Below are positions 37,682-48,128 of a stretch of DNA of 64,000 nucleotides, piece after piece. Position 1 is the first letter of the stretch. Every line of letters starts with the position of its first letter. The notes under the pieces are model-generated. The model was not told the origin of the DNA and did not search any database. It saw nothing but the letters and a program-made list of their open reading frames with translations. Origin of the DNA: a virus (lineage: Duplodnaviria > Caudoviricetes); IMG/VR virus record IMGVR_UViG_3300032327_000792; one strand, written 5' to 3'. The translations under genes and the position numbers were made by a program.

Positions 37682-37968
37682 TAACCAACCCTGACATTTC
37701 TGCTGCCACTGCTACTTCTTCCGTGTGCGCAGGTATCTTTATCACCGCCGGTCAACAATGGTTTACCATTGACCAACACACTTCGACTACCCCCACGAGT
37801 ACTAGCCGCACAATGTTGTGGAGCTTTTTTACTACATGGAGGATGTGGAGTAACAGAACTTCCGGGAGATGCTGCCGGACGACCGTTAATCAAAACAGAA
37901 CTATCGCCGGATTTAATAAGTCCGCCGCCCTGATTTGGATCGCCTTTTCTCTGTGCTCCACCTGCCAT
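37681..37968 (-). CDS. PAAR-domain spike tip protein (T4 gp5.4-like)
   Basis: RKGD..GG.I.SGDSSVLINGRPAA..G..VTPH.PC...H...GSRSVLVNGKP...GD..TC.H. Confidence 0.9.
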   Translation of the reverse strand: MAGGAQRKGDPNQGGGLIKSGDSSVLINGRPAASPGSSVTPHPPCSKKAPQHCAASTRGGSRSVLVNGKPLLTGGDKDTCAHGRSSSGSRNVRVG

Positions 37969-37971
37969 TGA

Positions 37972-38274
37972 TTATCCCATTAAAATTTTACTGCTCACAG
38001 GCTTGATACCTGTGGTTGCTTCAATGTAGCTGTCACGTACTTCATCACGTGCTAGAGCAACCATTGAACATGCTGTTTTATTTAGTGTCATGGTTTTGTC
38101 AGGATTTGCTGTGAACAAGCTCATGATCATTTGAATGCCTTGTGGTCCGGGTACCACTGTCAGTGGCTTGTTGATCAAAAAGTTGCCTTGTTCGTCAACG
38201 TCAATTACTTTGGTTACAATTTCGTCACCATTAGAAATTTTGATTGTGTAAATTAGTTCTTTTTCGAGTTGCAT
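37972..38274 (-). CDS. Conserved phage protein (Sm-like fold likely)
   Basis: TIKISNGDEIVTKV...PL.V. Confidence 0.6.
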   Translation of the reverse strand: MQLEKELIYTIKISNGDEIVTKVIDVDEQGNFLINKPLTVVPGPQGIQMIMSLFTANPDKTMTLNKTACSMVALARDEVRDSYIEATTGIKPVSSKILMG

Positions 38275-38275
38275 A

Positions 38276-38500
38276 CTATCCTTGTAAATGTTTTTGAAGT
38301 TCTATAAATCCGCCAATTAATTCGTTATCTAAGAAAATTTGCGGAACTGTTCGTGCTGTGGGTACTGCTTCTAATAAATCTTCTCGAGTAAATTCGTGTC
38401 CAATCCGTTTTTCTTCAAACTCAATACCTTTTAATTTGAGCAGATTTTTGGCCTGATCGCAGAAAGGACAGGAGTCTTTTGACCATACTATTGCTTTCAT
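38276..38500 (-). CDS. grx: Glutaredoxin
   Basis: CPFC, TVPQIF, IGGF; AGGAG RBS at MKAIV. Confidence 0.95.
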   Translation of the reverse strand: MKAIVWSKDSCPFCDQAKNLLKLKGIEFEEKRIGHEFTREDLLEAVPTARTVPQIFLDNELIGGFIELQKHLQG

Positions 38501-38519
38501 ATTTTTCTCCTGTGCGCTA

Positions 38520-39620
38520 TTATAAACTGGGCAATGCGTTGTAGTCAAGTGTATCGGACATTATTCCGATTACATAATTGGTTGACTCATTTTCCTGCAA
38601 TGCAGTTTGTTTGTTTGAAGTATTGACGTGTTTGTTGAACCACGGGATTGGTGTTGACTTTGGCGCCGGTGTTTGATACTTGATGCCAATTTCTTTGAGT
38701 GCGCCCACTGCTGTGTAGTCCACAAAGTCCTTGAGAATAGCGGCGTTGAGGCCAATCACAGGGCCTCGGTTGAACAAATAGTCTGCCCATGATTTTTCTT
38801 CGCGAATCACATCTGCATACATGGCATAGACTTCTGCTTCACACTCCGCTTTGGCTGCCAAGAAGCGTGGATCCTCTTTGACCACCTGATTGATCAAGAA
38901 TGCTGTCCAATCTTTGTGTAAAATTTCGTCTTGTAGAATCAAGCTGATGATGTTGCCGTTGCCGATAAAAATACGATTCTCTACCATGGCCAAACTGGTG
39001 GCAAACGATACCATAAAGCGGAATGCTTCCAGTCCGTAGCTGGCATTGAGCGCCAACCAAATTGCTCTAATGTGTTCGCGCTCGTCGATTGTTTCCCCAG
39101 CTTCTTTTCTACAGTTAATCACGTGTAGGTCGTCGTAGTAGCGACCAATACTGGAAGCCATGTTGATAATTTCTTGGGTGTCGTGAATTGTGTTGAACAC
39201 ATCTTTTGGCACATTGTAAACGTTACGAATAATGTGACTGTATGAACGACTGTGAATATTGGTTTCAAAGAATGTCCAGTTGTAGACCAACGCTTCTAGT
39301 TCTGGCAAACTGATCACAGGTGTAAAAATTTGGCTTGGACCACGACCTTGTAAACTGTCCAGTGCTGTTTGACGCAACAGGTTTGATGTAAAAATATGAC
39401 GCACTGTTTCAGATGCATCTTTGAAATCTGCTGCATCCTTGGTCAATGATACTTCTTCGGGTACCCAAAAGAAACCACGGGCCTCTTGTTCAAATTTTAC
39501 AATCTTGTTGTACTTGACTTCTTCAAAGCGTTGAATGGTCACAGGACCGGCGGGATCCAGGAACATCTTGCGTTGCAGATAATCTGTTTTTGTTGTTAGG
39601 TTATATTGTTGTTTGCTCAT
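38520..39620 (-). CDS. nrdB: Class Ia ribonucleotide reductase beta subunit
   Basis: FFWVPEEV, LDSLQG, ETNIHSRSYSH (Tyr radical), LEAFRF, DEILH. Confidence 0.96.
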   Translation of the reverse strand: MSKQQYNLTTKTDYLQRKMFLDPAGPVTIQRFEEVKYNKIVKFEQEARGFFWVPEEVSLTKDAADFKDASETVRHIFTSNLLRQTALDSLQGRGPSQIFTPVISLPELEALVYNWTFFETNIHSRSYSHIIRNVYNVPKDVFNTIHDTQEIINMASSIGRYYDDLHVINCRKEAGETIDEREHIRAIWLALNASYGLEAFRFMVSFATSLAMVENRIFIGNGNIISLILQDEILHKDWTAFLINQVVKEDPRFLAAKAECEAEVYAMYADVIREEKSWADYLFNRGPVIGLNAAILKDFVDYTAVGALKEIGIKYQTPAPKSTPIPWFNKHVNTSNKQTALQENESTNYVIGIMSDTLDYNALPSL

Positions 39621-40762
39621 AATTTTTCTTCGATTAAATTAGATAAGTTAGTGCCACGAATATTATCCAGTGTTAACAAATATTCGTCTCTTTGATTTTT
39701 CAATACTGGATCAAACTTGTATTTTTTTAACTCTTGTATTGTTTGGTCTACTATGTGTTGATTGGTTGTAGAAGCTATCTGCAACAATTCATTCATAAAG
39801 TTATTGACAATATCTGGTTCAATACTATTTATTGTGAGATAATCAGGATTGGTTAACACTGTACTGCCTATAGACAGTTGATGTTTGTCGCACCATTGTA
39901 TCACTGGTATCAACGTCTTTACACTAAAACATTGCAACACATAATTAATATTAAAATACACATTTGGCAAGGCACTTAACCTCAATGCATTGGACTCGAC
40001 CGCGTTCCAAGATGAAAGAAATCTAATTTCATTGTTATCACTGCCAATGCCATCTAGGCTTACGCTTATCCAGGCCTGTTTGAATTTTTCAAGTGTGTTT
40101 AAAAATTCAGTATTGAGTTTGGTAGCATTGGTAGTTATGCTTATTGTTACCAACTCAGGATTTGGTATTTCGTTCAACAAATTTATCACATATGGAATCA
40201 TAGTAGGTTCGCCGCCGGTGAATTTGATCCATCGTGCTTGTGATTTAAATTTGTCAAGAAAATTTTTAAATTCTTCAGAATCTGGCCAATTATAATTTGC
40301 GTCGGTATTTGGAATATTGTAGTAATCTAGATTTTTAAATGTATCAAGATGAATTTTGTATTCGGACATTAATTGGCTTGACGAATGACCGTTACACATT
40401 ACGCATTTTAAATTGCACAAATTACCTAATTTAAAATCAAATGTAGTTACAGTATCATCAACTATCCAATCTTTATTTAATTTTGAAAAATCAAAATATT
40501 TTGAAAACTCAGCATTGTAAATCTTTCGTAAACTTTTTTTCCCATTGTCTTCATCATTCCAACATTGAGAACAAGATTTTATTTTAGTTCCATTGTGCAA
40601 ATCCTTGCGAACTTCTTGCATCTCGACTGAATTAATCCAGTTATCAAATTGAGTAAAATAATACTCATCGGAACCCTTCCACACACAGCATGGCGTTAAT
40701 TTACCAGTCGGAGTCACGCAGGTATGTGTCCAGGGAGCAATACAAAAAGTTTTAGAGTTCAC
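39617..40762 (-). CDS. Radical SAM protein with an N-terminal SPASM/twitch-like domain
   Basis: FCIAPW..PCC..CSQCW; CNLKCVMC; FTGGEP; AT-rich. Confidence 0.88.
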   Translation of the reverse strand: MNSKTFCIAPWTHTCVTPTGKLTPCCVWKGSDEYYFTQFDNWINSVEMQEVRKDLHNGTKIKSCSQCWNDEDNGKKSLRKIYNAEFSKYFDFSKLNKDWIVDDTVTTFDFKLGNLCNLKCVMCNGHSSSQLMSEYKIHLDTFKNLDYYNIPNTDANYNWPDSEEFKNFLDKFKSQARWIKFTGGEPTMIPYVINLLNEIPNPELVTISITTNATKLNTEFLNTLEKFKQAWISVSLDGIGSDNNEIRFLSSWNAVESNALRLSALPNVYFNINYVLQCFSVKTLIPVIQWCDKHQLSIGSTVLTNPDYLTINSIEPDIVNNFMNELLQIASTTNQHIVDQTIQELKKYKFDPVLKNQRDEYLLTLDNIRGTNLSNLIEEKL

Positions 40763-40878
40763 AAATAATTAGTCCGATTGTAATGGTTAAGATATAAAAT
40801 AATAAAGCATACCAGCAATCTGTCTGCTTTGATTGCTATTATAGCATGTTTTCAGACTAGTTGCCAACTATGTTTAGT

Positions 40879-41379
40879 TTATTTTCTTACTTCTTTGGTC
40901 GCGTCCGGCCACCATTCTGGATCAGGATCCAGCTTGTTTTTGTACAGTTGTTTGATACGGCGTTCGTATTCTTCTTTGGAGCCTTTGATTCTTTCTGAAA
41001 CCACATCCAACACATAGTTCAATGTTACAGCGTTGGCGCTGAGTGTGGCGCATCTTGCAGTGACTTCATTTTTCAACAAATCCAACAGGATGCTTTCTGA
41101 TGATTCTGCCAGTACACGTACAAAACGTTTGGGCACATGCAGATCTATTGTGCTGTACACATAGTCATAGTGAGGTGCCGGACAACAGTGCAAAATATAT
41201 TCATCTTTGACTTCGATGCGTTTGAATCCATCCTTGTCGTACCACACTGCACGATTGTCGGTGAGTTCGGCTGGTACGCCCAGTTTTTTTGTCAGACTTT
41301 TTACAAGCTCTACAGGCTCTTCGTTGCGCCAGGCCGCAGTGGTGTTTTTTGATTCTAAAAGTATGTCTGATATTTTCAT
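40879..41379 (-). CDS. Probable internal head protein
   Basis: Start MKISDILLE|S 4 nt after TAAATA; LxE maturation-protease-type motif. Confidence 0.5.
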   Translation of the reverse strand: MKISDILLESKNTTAAWRNEEPVELVKSLTKKLGVPAELTDNRAVWYDKDGFKRIEVKDEYILHCCPAPHYDYVYSTIDLHVPKRFVRVLAESSESILLDLLKNEVTARCATLSANAVTLNYVLDVVSERIKGSKEEYERRIKQLYKNKLDPDPEWWPDATKEVRK

Positions 41380-41389
41380 GATGTATTTA

Positions 41390-41992
41390 TTATTGCTGAA
41401 CCCAAAAGCCCAGACGATCGCCTCCGGGACTTGCATACCATGTGGTATTTGGGGGTTGTTCAGTGGGCTGATCTTGCCAAACTGGATATATGACGTTGCC
41501 GTTGTGATTGCTAAAATCGTCGTTCCACCGCAGATGCACTTCTATAACCTTGCCATCTACATATTCCACATTGACCCAGGGTGCCATCTTCCATAAATCT
41601 TCCAGTACTGCGGGAAACGGATATTGATCTGAGATTCGTTCCCAGCGACAGAATCTATCCAATCGGTCACTGTTTCTAAATCCTTCTACTGCTAATTCTT
41701 GTATGCCATAATGGAAATCCACTGATGTGTGGCGACCTTCAAAACATTCTGTCCAGAAAAAACCATCCGGTACAGAATCTGTGTCTGCAGGAGTCAACCA
41801 AACTTTTTGGGCACCTCGGCTCATCATGCGAATGTTGGTTATGGGACGCACAATATACCAGTCTGCTCGAGGAACTGCAATGCCTGCTGGTGCTGCTAGG
41901 TGGCCCATTTTGCGTGCCAGTATCAGTTTGTCGTAGATCCACAAGTAATCCACAGGACACTGCGACCACACATCCTTGTCATCTATAAACAT
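41390..41992 (-). CDS. Degenerate ATP-grasp-like protein
   Basis: YIVRP..N..MSRGA, ECFEG.HTSVD, VNVEY..GKVIEVHLRWN. Confidence 0.45.
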   Translation of the reverse strand: MFIDDKDVWSQCPVDYLWIYDKLILARKMGHLAAPAGIAVPRADWYIVRPITNIRMMSRGAQKVWLTPADTDSVPDGFFWTECFEGRHTSVDFHYGIQELAVEGFRNSDRLDRFCRWERISDQYPFPAVLEDLWKMAPWVNVEYVDGKVIEVHLRWNDDFSNHNGNVIYPVWQDQPTEQPPNTTWYASPGGDRLGFWVQQ

Positions 41993-41993
41993 G

Positions 41994-42629
41994 TCAGTAC
42001 TTGTTGCTGGCCAACACTATCCGGCAAATGTGTTCCAATCGTTCTATGTGTTCATAGGCACGCCATGGACTAGTGTCAATAGCAACTACTCCGTGTCCTT
42101 TGATGCCCACAATATCATAGCCAATGTTGCCTTCGCGATCCAACTTTAGATTTTCATGACAACGATCCGCAAGTTCTTGACTGATTGGAGGCACATCTCC
42201 CACATTAGGTGCTACTCTGGTATAACGATTGAGTTCTGGAAATGCCGCACTCACAGTACTCAAATCAATCCCGGCATGCATAGCTGCAATACAGTAGGTG
42301 GGGTGAACGTGTACTACCACTCTCACTTCGTTTGAGTGTTGTCCCATTCTTTTTTGCAACCCAAAATGCAAAGGTATTTCTCCACTGGGTCGTAATCTGG
42401 CACTGATATCAGTGTATGGCAATTCTACCCAGTCGATGTCCTGATCTGGACGTGTGGTTATACCAATCTTTTTAAACTGATCTGGTTGCAGAGTTTGCTT
42501 ACGCACACCACTGGGAGTGATGTAGAAATGATCACGGTCGTGATGACGGATACTTACATTGCCATCACGACTGGTAATCCAATTGCGTTTGTACGCATCC
42601 AACATTACATCACATATAGTTTCTAACAT
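41994..42629 (-). CDS. Class II aldolase/adducin family protein
   Basis: SRDGNVSIR, ITPSG, PSGEIPLH, HVHP, GHGVV. Confidence 0.88.
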   Translation of the reverse strand: MLETICDVMLDAYKRNWITSRDGNVSIRHHDRDHFYITPSGVRKQTLQPDQFKKIGITTRPDQDIDWVELPYTDISARLRPSGEIPLHFGLQKRMGQHSNEVRVVVHVHPTYCIAAMHAGIDLSTVSAAFPELNRYTRVAPNVGDVPPISQELADRCHENLKLDREGNIGYDIVGIKGHGVVAIDTSPWRAYEHIERLEHICRIVLASNKY

Positions 42630-43747
42630 TATTGGAAAGACCCAATCGGAATTGCAATAATACCTTTAGGCCCGTGATCCTTGTGTCCGCCCTTGCCGGG
42701 TACACCATGAGGTTTGTTGTGTGCCCGCATATCAGCTGACCCTAGGGCTTGGTCATAGTTGACTTCCCCTCTGAAACAGCCAATGGCATATGGAAATTCA
42801 CGGTTCAAGTGATAGTGATAGATATTCTGTATCTTGCCGTCCCACATAACTGGATGAGTGTGTCCATGACATTCATCTAATTGTTTGTTGGTAACCATCT
42901 TACCATCATCGCCTCGTGGGCCATAGATACCGAATCCATCCAGTGCATAGCCAAACAGGGGCGAATGTCCTTCGGTTCCTTGATTGGGGAAACATTTCCA
43001 GCTGTAACCATGCAGGTGATACTGTTGAGCATAAGGATGTCCCCAGCACTGATCAACGGGCAAGATTGAAGCTGGCGGATACCAAGCTGTGGCACTGGCG
43101 TTGGCAATCTCAGCGTGCCATACTGTGCCTGTGAGTGTGACGCCAATTGGCAATGCCGCAATGGGATTTGGCTTGGCACTTAGCTTTGGGATTTTGGGTA
43201 GTTGAATATTCAACTCGTAAGGACTAATGCCAATGGCCGCGGCACTTGAATAGTCATGACCGGGAAAGCCTGTTCTAAAGTCATGGCCGCCCGGAGCTTC
43301 TTGGTAAAACTTGTAGGCAGGAGTTCCGGGTTGCACAGGAAAGTTGCCCATGGCAGTGTTTGGCAATCCATTGCCCACAAAATAACGATACCGGTCATCT
43401 TCGGTTATAGCAAACACACTGCCTTCTTTGGCATAGTCTTTGGCATATTTGGTACCACTCACATATGGCATCTTTGAGATAACCACAGTATTGTTTGTGG
43501 TATCCATCCAGGGCTGGGTGCTCAGTTCGAATCGTGTGTTGCCAGGTACTGCCGCAAGAAAATCTGCAGCCATGAATAGTCCGTTGCGTTGAGCCTGATA
43601 AGGACTTATGGTTCCAGAGCTTAGTAATGTTGTTGGTGCATTAGCATCTTCTGTGACAGCGGTAGTTGTTGTAGTTGCTGTTGTAGAGGTGTCTTTAGAA
43701 CAACCTACCATAACAAGCAACAACATCATTGATACAAAGTATTTCAT
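42629..43747 (-). CDS. YHYH-family lipoprotein
   Basis: Lipobox MVGC; D.CWGH...QYHLH, GYALDGFGIYG, LDECHGH, YHYH; His-rich tail. Confidence 0.8.
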   Translation of the reverse strand: MKYFVSMMLLLVMVGCSKDTSTTATTTTTAVTEDANAPTTLLSSGTISPYQAQRNGLFMAADFLAAVPGNTRFELSTQPWMDTTNNTVVISKMPYVSGTKYAKDYAKEGSVFAITEDDRYRYFVGNGLPNTAMGNFPVQPGTPAYKFYQEAPGGHDFRTGFPGHDYSSAAAIGISPYELNIQLPKIPKLSAKPNPIAALPIGVTLTGTVWHAEIANASATAWYPPASILPVDQCWGHPYAQQYHLHGYSWKCFPNQGTEGHSPLFGYALDGFGIYGPRGDDGKMVTNKQLDECHGHTHPVMWDGKIQNIYHYHLNREFPYAIGCFRGEVNYDQALGSADMRAHNKPHGVPGKGGHKDHGPKGIIAIPIGSFQ

Positions 43748-43759
43748 TTCTTTTCTTCC

Positions 43760-46087
43760 TTAGAGTTTACAGCTTTCACAATCTTCCTCATCATCAAAGT
43801 TGATTGGTTCCAACGCTTGAACATTGTTGGGTTGAGTGTTGTTGGATTTACTGCCGGCCTTGTTGATTAGACTGTAGTAAAATGTTTTTAATCCCCAGTG
43901 ATGTGCCTTCATCAAATTTGTAGCAATCAGTGTGGTTGGCACTTTACGATCTGCCCAATGTGCAGGATTGTAAAAAGTGTTGGTACTTATTGATTGATCA
44001 ACATAGGCAGCAATAACAGCCGCAGTTTTTAGATAACCGTCGCAGTCTCTTTGTTCCCACATCAGTTGGTACCGGTTCTTGAGTTTGTGATACTCTGGTA
44101 CAACCTGTGTCAATGATCCAGCTTTTGATTCTTTGACAGTGATCAAACTCATGGGCATTTCAATACCATTGGTTGAGTTGATAACCACCGAGCTAGATTC
44201 CACAGGAGCCACTGCCATTTGTGTGGCATTACGAACGCCGTAGTGTTTCATGTTGATTCGTAGTGTTTCCCAATCCAGTTCTGGTGCAAAGTTTGCCAAC
44301 TCGTTGACTCCACGAGCACGCAGTTCCCACGGGAATGTACCTTGTCCGTAGCGGGTTTTTTCGCTGTGTAAACATGCACCGCGTTCCTTGGCCAACTCCA
44401 CTGACGCTTCAGTCAAGTAATATGCTTGATGTTCCATCCAGCTCTTGAGCTCCTGTAGTGCGTCCTTATCACCATAACGTAGGCCGCGCTTGGCATGCCA
44501 GTAGGCCAAGTTTGTGATGCCAATGCCCAAGGGACGAATTTCGTCATTGCTTAATTTTGATTGAATACTCAAAAAATCTTGATAATCCAATATGTTGTTC
44601 AAACTGCGATGCAAAATACGGCAGGCACGGCGCATGTCTTCAGGATTACGGAACGCACCAAAGTTGATTGAGCCCAAGGTACATAGTGCGATACGACCTT
44701 GGTCATCATCCAATCTTTTGAATGATTTGGTTGGCAACAAGATTTCACAACACAGGTTTGACTGATAGATTGTGTGGAATTCAGGATCAAATGATCCTTG
44801 CTTGGCCACGTTGTCAATATACACAAGATAGATACGTCCTGTGTCTGTGCGCTCTTTTAAGATGCCACCTTTGAACACGTCTTCTGCGGCCATGGTTTTC
44901 TTGCGTAGGTCTGTGCGCTTTTCATATTGGACATACAGTTCTTCAAACAACTCTGTGTTGGCATAGAATGCTTGGTAAAGATCCGGAACTTCGTTGGGAT
45001 CAAAGAATGTTATTTGTTCTTTGTTTTTGAATCGTCTCCAAAAGAACGCAGACAGAACCACACCGTAGTCCATGTGTCTGACTCTGGTTTCTTCTGTGCC
45101 TTGATTGTTCTTCAGCACAATAAGATCATCAAACTGTAGATGCCAAATTGGATAGAACACAGTGGCTGATGCATTTCTAATGCCGCCCTGACTGCAACTA
45201 CGCAAATCGCCAAACCATTTCTTCAAGAATGGAATCATACCCGTGTGCATGATTTCACCACCACGGATGGGACTGCCTAATGATCTCAGTCTACCAATCT
45301 CTAACCCTATGCCAGCACGCTTGCTGGCATACTTGGCCATCATTTCTCCCGAAGCAAAAATACTGTCAAGATCATCGTCACTGCGTATAAGCACACAACT
45401 TGAGAACTGCTTAGTGGGGGTACCGAGGCCAGCCAACACAGGAGTAGCCAAAGTAAAAAGGCCGTCACTAGCCGCGTTGTAATATTCTTTGATGTAGCGC
45501 ATTCTAGCGGCGTTAGGTTCCTCGCGATGGAACACAGTGGCTGCTGCAATGATGTAACGAATTTGTGGTGTTTCATAAATTTCCTTTGTGGCTCGATTTT
45601 TGACCAGGTACTTTTCAATCAACTGTTCAATGGCCGCATAACTGTAACCTTCATCTTTGTCATGATCCAGGATGTCGTTCATGCGATTCCAGTCATCCTC
45701 TGTGTACCATTCTAGCAGTTCGGGTGTGTAAAGACCCGTGGCCACATTGGTCTTGACAATTTCGTAAAGATGTGGCGGAGTGTAGGTGCCATAGACATTT
45801 TTACGCAACATGCTGAGTCGTTGTTTGCCGGCCACGTATTGATAATTTGTGTGTCCCACATCAGGATTCTGTTCTACATCAATTAGATCAACAATAGCAC
45901 GTAGAGTAATACCGTCAATTTCTTCTGTGGTGATGCCATCGTAAAAATGCAACTGTGCTTTGATCTCAATCATGGATTGTGAGACATCTGCTATACCTTT
46001 ACAGACTTTTGCTACCTGGGCTTGCCACTTTTCAATGTGCAATGGCTCTTTGGCCCCGCTTCTTTTAACTACTGTAATCTGCGTCAT
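43760..46087 (-). CDS. nrdA: Class Ia ribonucleotide reductase alpha subunit (with ATP cone)
   Basis: VVKRSG ATP cone, ATPVL, FSSCVL, QSNLCCEI, APVESSS, LKTFYY, CESCKL. Confidence 0.97.
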   Translation of the reverse strand: MTQITVVKRSGAKEPLHIEKWQAQVAKVCKGIADVSQSMIEIKAQLHFYDGITTEEIDGITLRAIVDLIDVEQNPDVGHTNYQYVAGKQRLSMLRKNVYGTYTPPHLYEIVKTNVATGLYTPELLEWYTEDDWNRMNDILDHDKDEGYSYAAIEQLIEKYLVKNRATKEIYETPQIRYIIAAATVFHREEPNAARMRYIKEYYNAASDGLFTLATPVLAGLGTPTKQFSSCVLIRSDDDLDSIFASGEMMAKYASKRAGIGLEIGRLRSLGSPIRGGEIMHTGMIPFLKKWFGDLRSCSQGGIRNASATVFYPIWHLQFDDLIVLKNNQGTEETRVRHMDYGVVLSAFFWRRFKNKEQITFFDPNEVPDLYQAFYANTELFEELYVQYEKRTDLRKKTMAAEDVFKGGILKERTDTGRIYLVYIDNVAKQGSFDPEFHTIYQSNLCCEILLPTKSFKRLDDDQGRIALCTLGSINFGAFRNPEDMRRACRILHRSLNNILDYQDFLSIQSKLSNDEIRPLGIGITNLAYWHAKRGLRYGDKDALQELKSWMEHQAYYLTEASVELAKERGACLHSEKTRYGQGTFPWELRARGVNELANFAPELDWETLRINMKHYGVRNATQMAVAPVESSSVVINSTNGIEMPMSLITVKESKAGSLTQVVPEYHKLKNRYQLMWEQRDCDGYLKTAAVIAAYVDQSISTNTFYNPAHWADRKVPTTLIATNLMKAHHWGLKTFYYSLINKAGSKSNNTQPNNVQALEPINFDDEEDCESCKL

Positions 46088-46104
46088 TTAACTTCCGTAT
46101 GTGT

Positions 46105-46533
46105 TTATAGGTACTGCTGTTTTACTGCTGACTGCGTCAACTGCCGTTTGATGTTCATTGCTTGGATGGTATTTACGATTGTGTCTTGGTCCCAATTAAG
46201 TATATATTTTGATTTTGCCACCTGTACTAAATTATCTCCGGAATCCGTCAAAACCAGTGCGGCATCATCTAAATCTTCACGGTCCAGCAAAGTTATAGTA
46301 TACAGGATTCCTAACCCTCTTGCAAGATCACAGTAGTGATTGTCGCTCAAAAGTTGCCAAGGATCGGGCCAATTTGCCTGATCATCCCAGTGCAGATAGT
46401 ATGGACGCCAAGGTACTGCAAACCACCATAAGTTGATGTCTTCCAATGCTTTTTCTAGAGGTAATAGTTGGCAGGTATCGCGGAGATGGTTCCACGACTC
46501 TAGCCGTTGGGCAAAATTAACGGGCCACATCAA
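46105..46533 (-). CDS. Hypothetical protein (transglutaminase-like Cys motif)
   Basis: WPDPWQLL...YCDLARGLG. Confidence 0.45.
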   Translation of the reverse strand: MMWPVNFAQRLESWNHLRDTCQLLPLEKALEDINLWWFAVPWRPYYLHWDDQANWPDPWQLLSDNHYCDLARGLGILYTITLLDREDLDDAALVLTDSGDNLVQVAKSKYILNWDQDTIVNTIQAMNIKRQLTQSAVKQQYL

Positions 46534-48114
46534 TTACAGTGTTGAGTAAATTGAATAGATAAATGTACCGTTGGCACCTGCTGTTGCAGTATACTTGACG
46601 TCTGCGGTACCGGCATTGTTGACCACTGTTATTACCACACCAGTGGCAGCTGTTTGGTTGAAATCATCAGTGTATATCACATTGCCCACTAGATCATTGG
46701 CCACAGTAATTATGCCAGTACGTTTGTTTGTGCCACGTACAACGCTATAGTTTACGCTAAATGCGGGTAAATTAGATGATACAATTGTGGCAGCACTTAC
46801 AGTATTACCAATCACTACTTCTGTAAGTCCACTTTCGCGACGGAAAGCACCAAGTTGAATTTCTTTGCCATTGGTTGTGGCAATGACTTGTCGGCTGTTG
46901 ATATTGATTCGAGGATACGTGTCTACATAGTCGTCGCCGCGCTCAAACATATCCCCAAAGCAAACATTGTTGTTGCCATCAATATCAATGATTGTGGTCG
47001 CGGGTTGTAACACACCATCAAAATGATTGCCCACATCATAAAAAATATTGTGTCCTGTTCCGTTGAGACTGATTGCACCCATTTCAATGCCCTGAGCATA
47101 AATGTTGTCAAACAAGTTGTGTATGATCCTGGTGCCAGTTGGGCCGCCATTGACTGGAGTTGCGACACCTAGTACAATGCCTTTGAACAAGGTGTCAAAC
47201 TTTGAATTTGACACTGTGACGCCATTGGTCTGTTGTTCTGTGGCAATACCATAACTTGTGCCTGAAAACACACAGCGGTCAATTGTGACTGTGTTGCATA
47301 CCAAACTTGCGGTACTGGCAAAGCGTATACCAGCTGTGTTATCAACCTCGGTGTCAAGATCTGCAGTAGTCAACGGGCCAGTAAATGTTACACCTGTGAA
47401 ACTACAGTTGTTGATATCTTCAATCAAAAACACATCAACGTCAGGATCCAAACTTTGAAATCCCATATTGGCTATGGTGACAAATTGTGGAACAATAGCT
47501 CCGTTGGAGCCTATGTTTACACCAGTTTGCTGTAGACTATCACCTGTGCGAGCAACATAGGCTCTGAAAGCTGAGTCGTCGCTGGATGTCATCTGAATAA
47601 CACTGTTGTCTGCACCTTCGCCACACAGTGTAGCAAATGGCGGAATTATAATTGATTGTGTGACCTTGTAAACTCCAGCCGGGAAAAACAATCCACGACG
47701 TATTTGAGGATTTACTTCTCTACAATAGATTTGATACAGAGCACGATTGATAGCTGCTGTGTCATCAGCAACACCATCACCTACTGCACCAAAGTCTTTG
47801 ACTGTGGCAAATTGATCCAGCCAGTTTTGCAAACTTTGACTGATTGGTGAACCAGCTGTGGGGCCTGTTTGAACGGCATAACCAGTGGCAGTTTGTCCAC
47901 TGTAGGTGTAATTGGTTTGAAAAGCCAAAATATCAGAAAACTCTGTAAGAACTTCTGTGTTACCGATTACCGGAGCGCCTTCTTGCAGTGTGCCATTGCC
48001 AATGAACAATCTACGTTCATCAATTGACCAGCCAAATTCAGCACCAGCTAGTTGTGGTAAGTTTTCCTGTAGCCCTTTGCGTTGGGTAATTCGCGATATT
48101 TGTACAATAGCCAT
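46534..48114 (-). CDS. Tail spike/fibre with pectate lyase-like beta-helix
   Basis: N-terminal LPQLAGAEFGWS.D.RRLFIGNG; VKDFGAVGDGVADDTAAINRA; beta-helix repeats. Confidence 0.85.
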   Translation of the reverse strand: MAIVQISRITQRKGLQENLPQLAGAEFGWSIDERRLFIGNGTLQEGAPVIGNTEVLTEFSDILAFQTNYTYSGQTATGYAVQTGPTAGSPISQSLQNWLDQFATVKDFGAVGDGVADDTAAINRALYQIYCREVNPQIRRGLFFPAGVYKVTQSIIIPPFATLCGEGADNSVIQMTSSDDSAFRAYVARTGDSLQQTGVNIGSNGAIVPQFVTIANMGFQSLDPDVDVFLIEDINNCSFTGVTFTGPLTTADLDTEVDNTAGIRFASTASLVCNTVTIDRCVFSGTSYGIATEQQTNGVTVSNSKFDTLFKGIVLGVATPVNGGPTGTRIIHNLFDNIYAQGIEMGAISLNGTGHNIFYDVGNHFDGVLQPATTIIDIDGNNNVCFGDMFERGDDYVDTYPRININSRQVIATTNGKEIQLGAFRRESGLTEVVIGNTVSAATIVSSNLPAFSVNYSVVRGTNKRTGIITVANDLVGNVIYTDDFNQTAATGVVITVVNNAGTADVKYTATAGANGTFIYSIYSTL

Positions 48115-48128
48115 CTATAGTTCTCCGA

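Noticed and set aside
40814-40837. AGCAATC/GATTGCT inverted repeat near a possible sigma70 promoter
   Set aside because: Single occurrence, 7-bp arms, no U-tract; insufficient support
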